Shown: positions 17,359-25,266 of the stretch, piece after piece
Layout: the number at the start of each line of letters is the position of its first letter
Position numbering within the stretch: the first letter of the stretch is position 1
DNA from: a virus
Lineage: Duplodnaviria > Caudoviricetes
DNA: 25,839 nt
Virus record (IMG/VR): IMGVR_UViG_3300031539_000277
Location: 1-25,839 of that record
Reading direction: 5' to 3' (one strand)
Position numbers and translations under genes: made by a program
The notes under the pieces: generated by a model
The model's database searches: none
Seen by the model: the letters and a program-made list of their open reading frames with translations, nothing else
What the model was told of the DNA's origin: nothing

Positions 17359-17577
17359 TTATAATACACCTTCAATCTCATTAACGTCAAGGGGTTTTGT
17401 CGTGAGGCTCAAAAGATTATTCACAAATTCCTCGGCTTCTCTCAGTTTCGGTCCACACAGGAAATCAACATCGGTCCCTTTATAGCGCCAGAATACAACT
17501 CCATATGTGTCATCCGGACAACCGAAGTATTCCCGTAAGGCCGATCTGATTCTCTCCCTCCGCTCCTCCTCGAACAT
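17359..17577 (-). CDS. Hypothetical protein, 72 aa (MFEEERRERI...)
   Basis: Start revised to the ATG at 17577, which overlaps the previous TAA (TAATG coupling). Confidence 0.6.
   Translation of the reverse strand: MFEEERRERIRSALREYFGCPDDTYGVVFWRYKGTDVDFLCGPKLREAEEFVNNLLSLTTKPLDVNEIEGVL
17361..17390 (-). promoter_or_regulatory. Sigma70-like promoter for the capsid genes
   Basis: TTGACG (17390-17385), 18-nt spacer, TATTAT (17366-17361), followed by an AT-rich stretch and the leader. Confidence 0.65.
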
Positions 17578-17780
17578 TAAACGTACTTCTGGGTCGCCCT
17601 GCTGTAGCACTTCATGATGCGCTCGAAGGCAAGCGCCTGGCTTCTTGAAAAGCCTCCGACCCCTGTAAGCGCCGCATGGAGCACAGCGCATTCGCCTGAC
17701 TCTTTCGCCGGGAGATCCCCCGGTGTGGCGGCTATTGCCGTCAGAAATGCTATCGCTTCTGCTTTTGCTACTAGTGCCAT
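17577..17780 (-). CDS. Hypothetical Ala-rich protein, 67 aa
   Basis: Strong SD GAGGAG 6 nt before the ATG. Confidence 0.65.
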   Translation of the reverse strand: MALVAKAEAIAFLTAIAATPGDLPAKESGECAVLHAALTGVGGFSRSQALAFERIMKCYSRATQKYV

Positions 17781-17804
17781 TTCAGTCTCCTCAATATAGA
17801 ATCT

Positions 17805-18026
17805 CTACCCTGAACCAGGGATTATCTTTTGCGTCCGTATAAACCTTCGGACTTTCTTACTCATGTGAACCTTGCCTTTACCCGACTCTTTTGCTTTCGG
17901 CACGAACATCCTGCGGATCAACAGCTTCGCCCCACATTTAGCGCACCTTGCTATCCGGCCATAACGATGGTCGAACTCTATCGTTGCCGGATCGGCCTTG
18001 TGCTGACATGCGGGCGCTTTGTTCAT
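17805..18026 (-). CDS. Small basic putative zinc-binding protein, 73 aa (MNKAPACQH...RCAKCG)
   Basis: Start revised to the ATG at 18026 (ATGA overlap); CxH...CxxC ligand pattern; basic tail. Confidence 0.6.
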   Translation of the reverse strand: MNKAPACQHKADPATIEFDHRYGRIARCAKCGAKLLIRRMFVPKAKESGKGKVHMSKKVRRFIRTQKIIPGSG

Positions 18027-18229
18027 GACTTCACGTCTAGTCCGCCGGTCGGCTCTCCTTTGGCTTTCTTTTCGTAGTAAGTATCCATCTTGGGATACTT
18101 CCACGTGCTGAAAGGTATGCCTTCCGGCTTTTTCTCTTCCGGTTTTACCCCCGGCTTTTCAACCGGTTTCGGCTCTTCTTTCGGTTTCTCTTCGACCTTT
18201 CGACCTTTGAATGTAAACTCTTTTGGCAT
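18023..18229 (-). CDS. Lys/Glu/Pro-rich small protein, 68 aa
   Basis: SD GAGGAGG; low-complexity KPKEEPKP region followed by WKYPKMDTYYE. Confidence 0.65.
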   Translation of the reverse strand: MPKEFTFKGRKVEEKPKEEPKPVEKPGVKPEEKKPEGIPFSTWKYPKMDTYYEKKAKGEPTGGLDVKS

Positions 18230-18235
18230 ATTGCC

Positions 18236-18508
18236 CTCCTCTATTCTCGATAGTCGTTATATATTTCTATAGTATCCGGCCAGATTATTATTAGTTCCGC
18301 ACCCAATTTAGAAAATCTTTCAGTTAGTTCCATCAATTCCTTTACTGTATTGATTTCTATTGTAATCTCTTTGAATTCTATCCAGCCTTTTTTATTTATT
18401 TTAAATCCAAGCTTTTCTAGTTCTGGCACATACTTTTCTAAATGACTTTTGGTATAAATACCGCTAGTCGTAGGTTCTATTTTGAATATCATATGACTCC
18501 TCTATTCT
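18236..18508. repeat. 12-bp direct repeat CTCCTCTATTCT at 18236-18247 and 18497-18508
   Basis: Exact match read from the sequence; minus strand AGAA-TAG-AGGAG comprises the stop codon plus SD. Confidence 0.8.
18241..18492 (-). CDS. AT-rich hypothetical protein, 83 aa (probable inserted gene)
   Basis: SD GAGGAG; about 31% GC by hand count; flanked by 12-bp direct repeats. Confidence 0.7.
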   Translation of the reverse strand: MIFKIEPTTSGIYTKSHLEKYVPELEKLGFKINKKGWIEFKEITIEINTVKELMELTERFSKLGAELIIIWPDTIEIYNDYRE

Positions 18509-18711
18509 ATTTTAATCAAGTATGGCGGGATTTGCAATCCCAATTCTTCGACCTCGTCTAAGTCAAGCTCGTATTCCGCATCCTCCGGCTCCGGCGGTAT
18601 GAATTTGGCGTTGACCGTAAGGTTTCCCTCCATTCGCTGTTTCGCCTTTGGAGTGAAGTGGTATCCCATAAAAACACATGGCTCAATACATCGAAACCGT
18701 GCTATATTCAT
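18502..18711 (-). CDS. Hypothetical protein, 69 aa (MNIARFRCIEPCVFMG...)
   Basis: Start revised to the ATG at 18711 (ATGA overlap with the scaffold stop; SD GGAGGAG upstream). Confidence 0.7.
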   Translation of the reverse strand: MNIARFRCIEPCVFMGYHFTPKAKQRMEGNLTVNAKFIPPEPEDAEYELDLDEVEELGLQIPPYLIKIE

Positions 18712-19535
18712 GTAGTCTCCTCCACGTATGCATCCCATTCTGGACCGTACTTTATTCTCGGTGGTTCGCCTAGCCGCCTCTCTGCGCTTTTCTCTGGCAC
18801 TTTCACAACAAGTTCGCCGGGTACCAGCTTGTCCTCCTGGAACTTGCCGGACAGTCCGTAGATCCAATCCATAACGATTCGATTTCGATATAGAGCATTC
18901 TCGTTGAATACCTTCACTAGATCCTCGTTGCCTTGTTCATCGATGAATCTATCTATCTGCGCAGTCTTCTCATCGTATGACGAACCCCAGGCCAGTCGCA
19001 TATCGGCCTCCGCCTTATCGGCTTGCTCCTTTCTCCGTGCCTGATACTGATTCCAAAGAGTAGACCTGTACTCGTTATACCAGGCGTAAAGCCCCTTCGC
19101 ATGATTCGTGCTCAGGTTGTTCTCAAAGGCAAACTTCTGGAAAGCTGTCAACATCCCCTCGTCTTTCGGCAAGCCTTCCGGAAGTTTCGGCTCCTCGAAC
19201 TTGTACTCCTCCATCTTTAAAGGAACGCCCATCTTCTCCCTGAAGGTATTCAATTCCTCGTCCGTGGCCTCCTCGCCTGGAACCTTGACGTAATCGCCCT
19301 CTGACTCTTTGCGCTTTAGCCAATCCGCAGCCAGCTCGCCGTAAGTCTTAAACGTTTTGAACTCTTCACGCTCTCGGAGATCCGTGGGAAGCTGGCCTCT
19401 CCATGTACCATGCCACTCCGGTTTAGCGGGTTCCGCTGTGCCGGGTGTCGGCTCTCCCTCTGCTGGCTTTACGTCTACCACCGGCTCCGTAGCGGGAGTC
19501 TCTACCACTGCAATCGTCGGGTCTATATCAGGCAT
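18708..19535 (-). CDS. Capsid scaffolding (assembly) protein, 275 aa
   Basis: Acidic Pro/Thr-rich N-terminus; WRGQLPTDLR; KVPGEEATDEELNTFREKMGVP..Y.F; LAWGSSYDEK; located between portal and capsid. Confidence 0.8.
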   Translation of the reverse strand: MPDIDPTIAVVETPATEPVVDVKPAEGEPTPGTAEPAKPEWHGTWRGQLPTDLREREEFKTFKTYGELAADWLKRKESEGDYVKVPGEEATDEELNTFREKMGVPLKMEEYKFEEPKLPEGLPKDEGMLTAFQKFAFENNLSTNHAKGLYAWYNEYRSTLWNQYQARRKEQADKAEADMRLAWGSSYDEKTAQIDRFIDEQGNEDLVKVFNENALYRNRIVMDWIYGLSGKFQEDKLVPGELVVKVPEKSAERRLGEPPRIKYGPEWDAYVEETT

Positions 19536-19919
19536 TTATTCCTCCTGTAATGCGCTTTGTACTTTATCCAACTGCTCTTTCATCAGAGCTGTTAGCCATC
19601 TTCCTTCATTCTTACCTTTCAATAAGGCCAGTGCTCTAAAACGTTCCCAGGTGTCTAAATCAAGATCCTGTATCACTACCGGAATTTCGACTTCTTCGAT
19701 TGGTTTAAATTGATTTTCCAATCCATCATAGACTTCCTTATCTTCCTCAGGCATAGGATATGGGAATTCTATTTCGTTTATTTCAGCCGGGATCATTATG
19801 CCTTTCGGTCTCTTCACCTTTCGCTTTTCTTTTTTGCTTGGCGGCAGTCCCGCCAGCGCCAGCCTTTCGTCTACCGCCTTTTGGCTTTCCCGCCCGCTCA
19901 CTCTCACTATCTTTGGCAT
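19536..19919 (-). CDS. Protein with C-terminal ribbon-helix-helix-like DNA-binding domain, 127 aa
   Basis: VVIQDLDLDTWERFRALALLKGKNEGRWLTALMKEQL fits strand-helix-G-helix of Arc/CopG-type RHH; SD GGGAG upstream; stop abuts the scaffold ATG. Confidence 0.6.
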   Translation of the reverse strand: MPKIVRVSGRESQKAVDERLALAGLPPSKKEKRKVKRPKGIMIPAEINEIEFPYPMPEEDKEVYDGLENQFKPIEEVEIPVVIQDLDLDTWERFRALALLKGKNEGRWLTALMKEQLDKVQSALQEE

Positions 19920-20283
19920 CTTTTGCTCTCCCTATCTTCACGACCCTTGGCGACTTCGGAGCCTGTGCCCCGCCATATTCTCCCATAACCTTGTTTGGCA
20001 TCACCGGCCATACAACCGGGGGAACGTTTATGATCGCTGCGATGATCTGCCGGAATCTGTCCGGGTGCCAGTTGCCGAACTTCGACAAGATCCGTTTCCC
20101 CGCTGCTTGCAAGATCGTATCCGACTCTAGCGGCGCTGTCAGGATGTCGGCGAATCCCAGCTCCATCAGGATATCCGTCAATACTTTCAATCCCAACTCG
20201 CCTGAGAATACCGATCTATATGCTTGCGACAGCCCACGATCCTGCTGTTCTGCTTGTCTAAATAACGTTTTCAGTTCTCCCAT
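19783..20283 (-). CDS. Bbp19-like phage protein, 166 aa
   Basis: AYRSVFSGELGLKVLTDIL...GKRIL pattern; immediately downstream of the portal. Confidence 0.7.
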   Translation of the reverse strand: MGELKTLFRQAEQQDRGLSQAYRSVFSGELGLKVLTDILMELGFADILTAPLESDTILQAAGKRILSKFGNWHPDRFRQIIAAIINVPPVVWPVMPNKVMGEYGGAQAPKSPRVVKIGRAKDAKDSESERAGKPKGGRRKAGAGGTAAKQKRKAKGEETERHNDPG

Positions 20284-21954
20284 TTATACTCCCACCGGAA
20301 CACCGCCGCCCTTCACCGCGTCCTGGACCTCCTCTAAGGGTGATCCTGGCTCTGCAGCCTTTGCCAGCTTCGGAGCCGCATCAGCCATCAGCGCCGCCTG
20401 CTCCATGGCTTTCTGTGCTTCTATCTGCTTCTGCCTCGTCTGCCTGATTCCCATGACCATCTTTTTAGGGAGTATTCCTTCAGGCGGCATTCCGTAGGAA
20501 GAGGCCAGTTTCGTGCCGATGAAGTCCCAGTCGAAGTTATCAGCGATGTTCGGCATGATCTCAATCAACGGCACCACGACGCCCACACTGTTCTTGATCC
20601 CGCTCGATTCAAACAACCGCTTCTGTGCCTGGGCCAGCGTTCCCAGGTATTCGATGTCAATTGATGCTCCGAGATCCTGTAATACCCACGGCATATCTGG
20701 CAGCCTCTTTGCCCTGAACTCTTTCATGAATGCGCCGGTGACCAGAGGATCAAGCAATTCAGATGCCAGTCTCGATACCCAGGTTCCAAGGATCGCGGCC
20801 TTCTCGCCGGTTCTCTCGATGATCTCCGTAGCCGTCATCTGTTTGTCCTGCCGATTGATCATCATGAAGAAGTCTACTTGATATGCCTCTTTGACTTGCG
20901 CCCTCACGTCCTGAAGAAGCTCTAAGGTGATCGGGAATTGGGACCCTGCGTGGATAGGATGGATCATCCGGTTGGTTTCCTCATAGTAGTTGAAACCTTT
21001 AGGCCGGTAACGGACCTGGCCCCGCAGTTCCTCGGGTACGTTCCAAGGAGGCGCAACGGCCATGTGCCCCATTTCGAGAACGGTCTTATTCATATTGTTC
21101 AGCTTAATGATGTCATAAATCGCATCCATGGCCGGGGATCTGCCGTACTCTTCCTGTGAGCTCTTGGTCACCCGATAACAGGCATATGGGAAGTCCTTAT
21201 AACCGGACAGCTTCAGGAGGTGCTTCTTGGCTTCCAGAATCGATATGCTGCGCCAGGGCATCCTGACTGACGTATCCCAGCCCTCGACGTAGTCCGTGTT
21301 CGGCCAGACGCAATGAATGACGGTATACTTGTCCAGTGGGTTCTGTTTGATCTCGCGCATAGTGTCTTCGGGTATCGCATCCTTCCCGTACTCCTGTTCG
21401 AGCTGCCGTCCTTCCAGTTTGAACTTCCTGTGGATCGTATCCACCTTGCCCTTACTGTTCTCTGCCAGGTAAATCTCGACCGGATGGCGTGTCGAATAGT
21501 TCAGCGTTTTCTCTTTGACCAGCTCGTCAAAGTAGATCGTAGAGGTGCCAACGCTCCCGGCGTCCAGTAACATCTCAGCTATCGAATCATAGAAGTTAGA
21601 CCGCCTGAAAGAGTGATACATCTCCTCGGCGCACTGCCGGAGATATATCTTGACCTCGCGGATCTCGTTTAGCTCGCGGTTCGATAGTCTGAGCTCGAAC
21701 CATTCCATTTGAGGCCCCAGCATATGCCCCTGCATCCCGGTTGCCCATATCCGTAAGGCGCTTGTAGGCGTCCCGTCGTATATCTGTTCACCTACCCTTA
21801 AACCTGCCTGGATCTCCTGGGTCATAAACTGCCGCCTGGGATGTACCAGGGAGGCAACATCCTCCCATTCGCCCTCCCACTGGATCCGCCGCGTTTCTAA
21901 GTCGGATTGAATCTTCATCCGATCTTCTACCAATCGAACCGTGTTTATCGCCAT
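20284..21954 (-). CDS. Portal (head-to-tail connector; T7 gp8/Bbp21-like), 556 aa
   Basis: IYDGT, WFEL, SNFY, GKVDTIHRKF, YGRSPAMDA, MTATEIIER..EK motifs; SD GAGGAG. Confidence 0.95.
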   Translation of the reverse strand: MAINTVRLVEDRMKIQSDLETRRIQWEGEWEDVASLVHPRRQFMTQEIQAGLRVGEQIYDGTPTSALRIWATGMQGHMLGPQMEWFELRLSNRELNEIREVKIYLRQCAEEMYHSFRRSNFYDSIAEMLLDAGSVGTSTIYFDELVKEKTLNYSTRHPVEIYLAENSKGKVDTIHRKFKLEGRQLEQEYGKDAIPEDTMREIKQNPLDKYTVIHCVWPNTDYVEGWDTSVRMPWRSISILEAKKHLLKLSGYKDFPYACYRVTKSSQEEYGRSPAMDAIYDIIKLNNMNKTVLEMGHMAVAPPWNVPEELRGQVRYRPKGFNYYEETNRMIHPIHAGSQFPITLELLQDVRAQVKEAYQVDFFMMINRQDKQMTATEIIERTGEKAAILGTWVSRLASELLDPLVTGAFMKEFRAKRLPDMPWVLQDLGASIDIEYLGTLAQAQKRLFESSGIKNSVGVVVPLIEIMPNIADNFDWDFIGTKLASSYGMPPEGILPKKMVMGIRQTRQKQIEAQKAMEQAALMADAAPKLAKAAEPGSPLEEVQDAVKGGGVPVGV

Positions 21955-23480
21955 CGCCGTCTCCTCAATAAGTTTTTACCAAGGCCATGCGTCAGCGGAT
22001 CATAGTCCGATTGCGCCTCGTCGCGTTTCCGTCCTTGCCATCGTGAGCCTTTTATCTGCTCCTTCGGGATGTCCTCTCGAATCTCAGCCGGTTTTACAAG
22101 GCGGACCGTCACATACTGTAAGGCATCGTGAGGGTGAGAGAATCGGTTCTTAATGATGTTCGGCAGGAACTCACCCATGATGCTCCGGTTCTCAGGGTAG
22201 CAATAACCCCCTAAGAATCCATTTATCGTTCGCGTGCAGGACGGATCGCATAAATACCCGTCTATCCGTGCAAGTTGCTGCTCCACGGACTCGATCCGTG
22301 CTCTCAGTCCATTCTCGCTCGGTCTTACATTTACCCCTTCATCACGCATTAATTGTGCGTTGGATGTCAAGCCTCCTTCCTTTCTTGATATGCTATTTTC
22401 CCCTGCGGGATCGGCCCAGTGATGGATTTGAGCTCCAGGAAAGTCTTGATTGATTTTCTGAATAACAGACCGCGTAAAGTCAACGATCCCCATCCGATCA
22501 GTATAGTATTCGCGGAGCTGTTGTAGTCTCATCGCAGACGGGATCTGCAGCAGGACTGCTGCGGGAGTAACACCGGTATTGTCCCAACCCATATACAGCG
22601 GTCCGCCTGACCATACGATAGGCTCTTTAGCGACATGGTATTCACGTCTGAAGTTGTTATAGACCGGCTTCCCCTGAATGATGATTCCGGGCTTGCCTTT
22701 GATATACATATCCAGCCAGTCGGGATTTGCTGCGTAGTCTACGGCCAGGTCTTTATAGTAACTCCGTCGGAGGTTCTTCTCGTTTTCATATGGCGGCTGC
22801 CAGAATCCCTCATAACCTTGAAGCGGTTGTTTATCGGGTATCGGCCCGTCCGGTGTTATCGGTCCTGCTATTCCAGGAGGAGATGTCATCCAGCGGAATT
22901 TCCAATACATCGGGTCTTCTACATCAGGAGGGTTTGAGGTCTCGATGCCGAATCGTATTTCGTCTATTTCTGCCTCTGATAATCCTAAGCGGACCAATTC
23001 TTCTTTTGCCGGATAGCGCCCGATCCGGTTACGGATCATCAGCTTAATCTCTTCGGCAATTTCGATACTTTCATCGATCCAGTACCCGGTCAACTCTAAG
23101 GATTTGAATTGCTTGATCTGATCCGGTCTATCGCATGATCGGAGCAGCAGTTCAACTATGCGGTCACCGACTCGATATGTATAAGTCGATGTTTTGTCAA
23201 CCCATTTGCCGCCGGGAATCCATGCAAGGATCGTCTGGTAACAGGTGTCCATCAACTCCCGATAGGTATTTCTAATTACACCCCATTTCGTATGTTTGAT
23301 TCCCAGCTCATCGAACATCATAGCACTTAGATGCTCGATCTCGATCACTCCAGCGGACGTCTTGCCCGATCCAACCGGCCCTACAATAGCGCGGATCGGC
23401 GCAATCGATTTGTGAAAGTATGTCATCGTCGGCAGCGGAATGTAATCTTTACCTGTTCGGATCACTTCAGCCACGGGCAT
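21945..23480 (-). CDS. terL: Terminase large subunit, 511 aa
   Basis: Walker A GPVGSGKT; Walker B YWIDES; TSNPP motif C; RNase H-like nuclease GWD...DPAG...SHPHDALQY. Confidence 0.95.
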   Translation of the reverse strand: MPVAEVIRTGKDYIPLPTMTYFHKSIAPIRAIVGPVGSGKTSAGVIEIEHLSAMMFDELGIKHTKWGVIRNTYRELMDTCYQTILAWIPGGKWVDKTSTYTYRVGDRIVELLLRSCDRPDQIKQFKSLELTGYWIDESIEIAEEIKLMIRNRIGRYPAKEELVRLGLSEAEIDEIRFGIETSNPPDVEDPMYWKFRWMTSPPGIAGPITPDGPIPDKQPLQGYEGFWQPPYENEKNLRRSYYKDLAVDYAANPDWLDMYIKGKPGIIIQGKPVYNNFRREYHVAKEPIVWSGGPLYMGWDNTGVTPAAVLLQIPSAMRLQQLREYYTDRMGIVDFTRSVIQKINQDFPGAQIHHWADPAGENSISRKEGGLTSNAQLMRDEGVNVRPSENGLRARIESVEQQLARIDGYLCDPSCTRTINGFLGGYCYPENRSIMGEFLPNIIKNRFSHPHDALQYVTVRLVKPAEIREDIPKEQIKGSRWQGRKRDEAQSDYDPLTHGLGKNLLRRRRWR

Positions 23481-23991
23481 TCTTTTTGAATCTCCCTTTC
23501 GGTAGATGAATATATAGAATCATCATATCCTCACCGGCTACCTGCTCGGTCATCCCTAACATCCCGGATACTGTTTCTGTGGCTCTCAGTTGCGTGGTGT
23601 TGTCCTCGAAGTCCATGAGCGAATGCACGTCCAGTTTGTGCGGCTTCCCCTCGTTGTCTGTGACAACCTCTGTAACGAGTACGGACCTCGAGGTCTTGGC
23701 TTCGGTGAGTTCGCGCAACTTCCTGGAAATATAAAACTTATCAAGCCCGGCCTTTCGGAGCTGATACTGCGTATCCTCTAAGCAGTTCTGCTCATAATAA
23801 TGGATCAATCGCCAGATGGCCGAGATTCTTGATCGCGGTGTCTTTGCTTTTCCGTGTGGATATATTTTAGGATAGATGGTTTGATATGTCAGCTTTTCAA
23901 CACGGCTCATGACGTAAGCCTGCGCCGCTTTCTCTCGATCAACGGTGTCCTTTATGGGCTTTCTGCCAGGCCGTTTCTTCGTTTCTGTGAT
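23467..23991 (-). CDS. terS: Terminase small subunit, probably 174 aa from an ATC start (147 aa if started at ATG 23910)
   Basis: Directly upstream of and overlapping terL; LRKAGLD...KLRELTEAK...DNTTQLRATE...MLG pattern; frame open upstream of the ATG to a strong SD. Confidence 0.65.
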   Translation of the reverse strand: MTETKKRPGRKPIKDTVDREKAAQAYVMSRVEKLTYQTIYPKIYPHGKAKTPRSRISAIWRLIHYYEQNCLEDTQYQLRKAGLDKFYISRKLRELTEAKTSRSVLVTEVVTDNEGKPHKLDVHSLMDFEDNTTQLRATETVSGMLGMTEQVAGEDMMILYIHLPKGRFKKNARG

Positions 23992-24032
23992 AACGTTCCC
24001 CTCCCAGGTACGTGTTTATTTGCTAGAATGTA

Positions 24033-24245
24033 TTACTCGTCTTGTTCTGTCTCGAAAACAATAGGCAAATCTTTCCCCTTTGTTAATGCATTACCTTCTA
24101 CCCCTCCGTGCAGGAGCAGATGTTCAGACAAATACCTATCTATTTTATCCATATTCCACATATCTATGTAATCCCCCCACCATTTCCCAATCATGATTCT
24201 TTCTGCGCATACTTTACATTTGATATATAGTCTATCGTTTGCCAT
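24033..24245 (-). CDS. Small hypothetical protein with CxxC...HxxxH, 70 aa
   Basis: SD GAGGAG; IKCKVC and EHLLLH suggest metal binding. Confidence 0.65.
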   Translation of the reverse strand: MANDRLYIKCKVCAERIMIGKWWGDYIDMWNMDKIDRYLSEHLLLHGGVEGNALTKGKDLPIVFETEQDE

Positions 24246-24269
24246 TAAATGAATCTCCTCATAAATGTA

Positions 24270-24761
24270 TCATTTTCGCTGGTTATTGTCTATCTTTGCC
24301 TCATAGAGGGCTTGTTTAAAATCCTCTTTATCCGTATCGTCAGTGGGATCATATCCAAACTGCTCTCCAAAATCATTTTGTATCCATGCCCATCCCGCCT
24401 TGAAGCACGTTTCCTTGGTGCGCTGTATTACTAACGCCTCATCAATATCACTAAATAGATAGTTATGTTTGTTCTTTTCTTCCCTGCATTCCTTGAGTTG
24501 GTCGATGAGCCTATCAATTACGCATATAGCCTGTCTTGCTGTCTCTTTCATTACATCAATAGCATCATCTTCGTCCAAATCATAATGAGCTATGATGTGC
24601 CACAATTCATTAGATTTTTTCTCCGCTACTTCTATCTTCTTGTCTATCTCATTCATCCACTTTACCTCCTTATTTACACTGAAACTTTGTTCATCTGCTG
24701 CCATATCTATAGGATTGTAATAACTCCACGGCCCCAACGTTGTTATGGGCTTCTCATTCAT
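24270..24761 (-). CDS. Hypothetical protein, 163 aa (alternative internal start at 24656 gives 128 aa)
   Basis: SD AAGGAG before 24761; internal TAAGGAGGT before the in-frame ATG at 24656. Confidence 0.6.
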   Translation of the reverse strand: MNEKPITTLGPWSYYNPIDMAADEQSFSVNKEVKWMNEIDKKIEVAEKKSNELWHIIAHYDLDEDDAIDVMKETARQAICVIDRLIDQLKECREEKNKHNYLFSDIDEALVIQRTKETCFKAGWAWIQNDFGEQFGYDPTDDTDKEDFKQALYEAKIDNNQRK

Positions 24762-24764
24762 CTC

Positions 24765-25025
24765 TCATTCTCCTTTGGGGAAGGCGTCAACACATTCACT
24801 ACACACATAACCTATCCCTGATAATTTTCCAATGGTGGGTTTCCCGCATACACAACACAATTCATGATCTTCCCATTTCGTTATTCCCTCTACCCCATCA
24901 TCCCATGAGACCTTATGTAGGCACATTCCCGGTTTACCACAATAAACACAAATTGATTCTTCCATAGGAGGAAACGCCGAATCGAACAGCATTAAATTAA
25001 AAACTGGTATCTGGCGAACCATCAC
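24765..25025 (-). CDS. Cys-rich hypothetical protein, about 86 aa
   Basis: Two CxxCGKP motifs and a terminal CSEC. Confidence 0.6.
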   Translation of the reverse strand: MMVRQIPVFNLMLFDSAFPPMEESICVYCGKPGMCLHKVSWDDGVEGITKWEDHELCCVCGKPTIGKLSGIGYVCSECVDAFPKGE

Positions 25026-25041
25026 TTCCCCATAAACGCCT

Positions 25042-25251
25042 TCATTTTCTCTTTGCCAATCGCCTTCTCATTCTTCTTTTCTGATTCACCGTCATTTGAC
25101 TATATGATTTGAGGGCTTCTTTATGCGCCTCGCTGTTTTCCCGAAAAACTTTTATCTGTTTCACCATAGAATCTTCAATGCTTAAATGCATCTTTTGTGG
25201 AGTATATTCTTCAGGCTTACTTACCAAACCGTCTCTATGTTCTTCTTGCAT
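25042..25251 (-). CDS. Hypothetical basic protein, 69 aa
   Basis: SD AAGGAG; fills the gap between neighbouring co-oriented genes. Confidence 0.6.
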   Translation of the reverse strand: MQEEHRDGLVSKPEEYTPQKMHLSIEDSMVKQIKVFRENSEAHKEALKSYSQMTVNQKRRMRRRLAKRK

Positions 25252-25266
25252 ATTATCTCCTTGGGA

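Noticed and set aside
17359-18867. Track start positions 17691, 18104 and 18867
   Set aside because: They create long overlaps with upstream genes; the coupled starts at 17577, 18026 and 18711 fit better.
17786-21970. Shared 12-mer GTCTCCTCAATA at about 17786 and 21959
   Set aside because: Both copies are SD contexts (TATTGAGGAGAC) about 4 kb apart; explained by translation signals, with no compositional evidence of an insertion.
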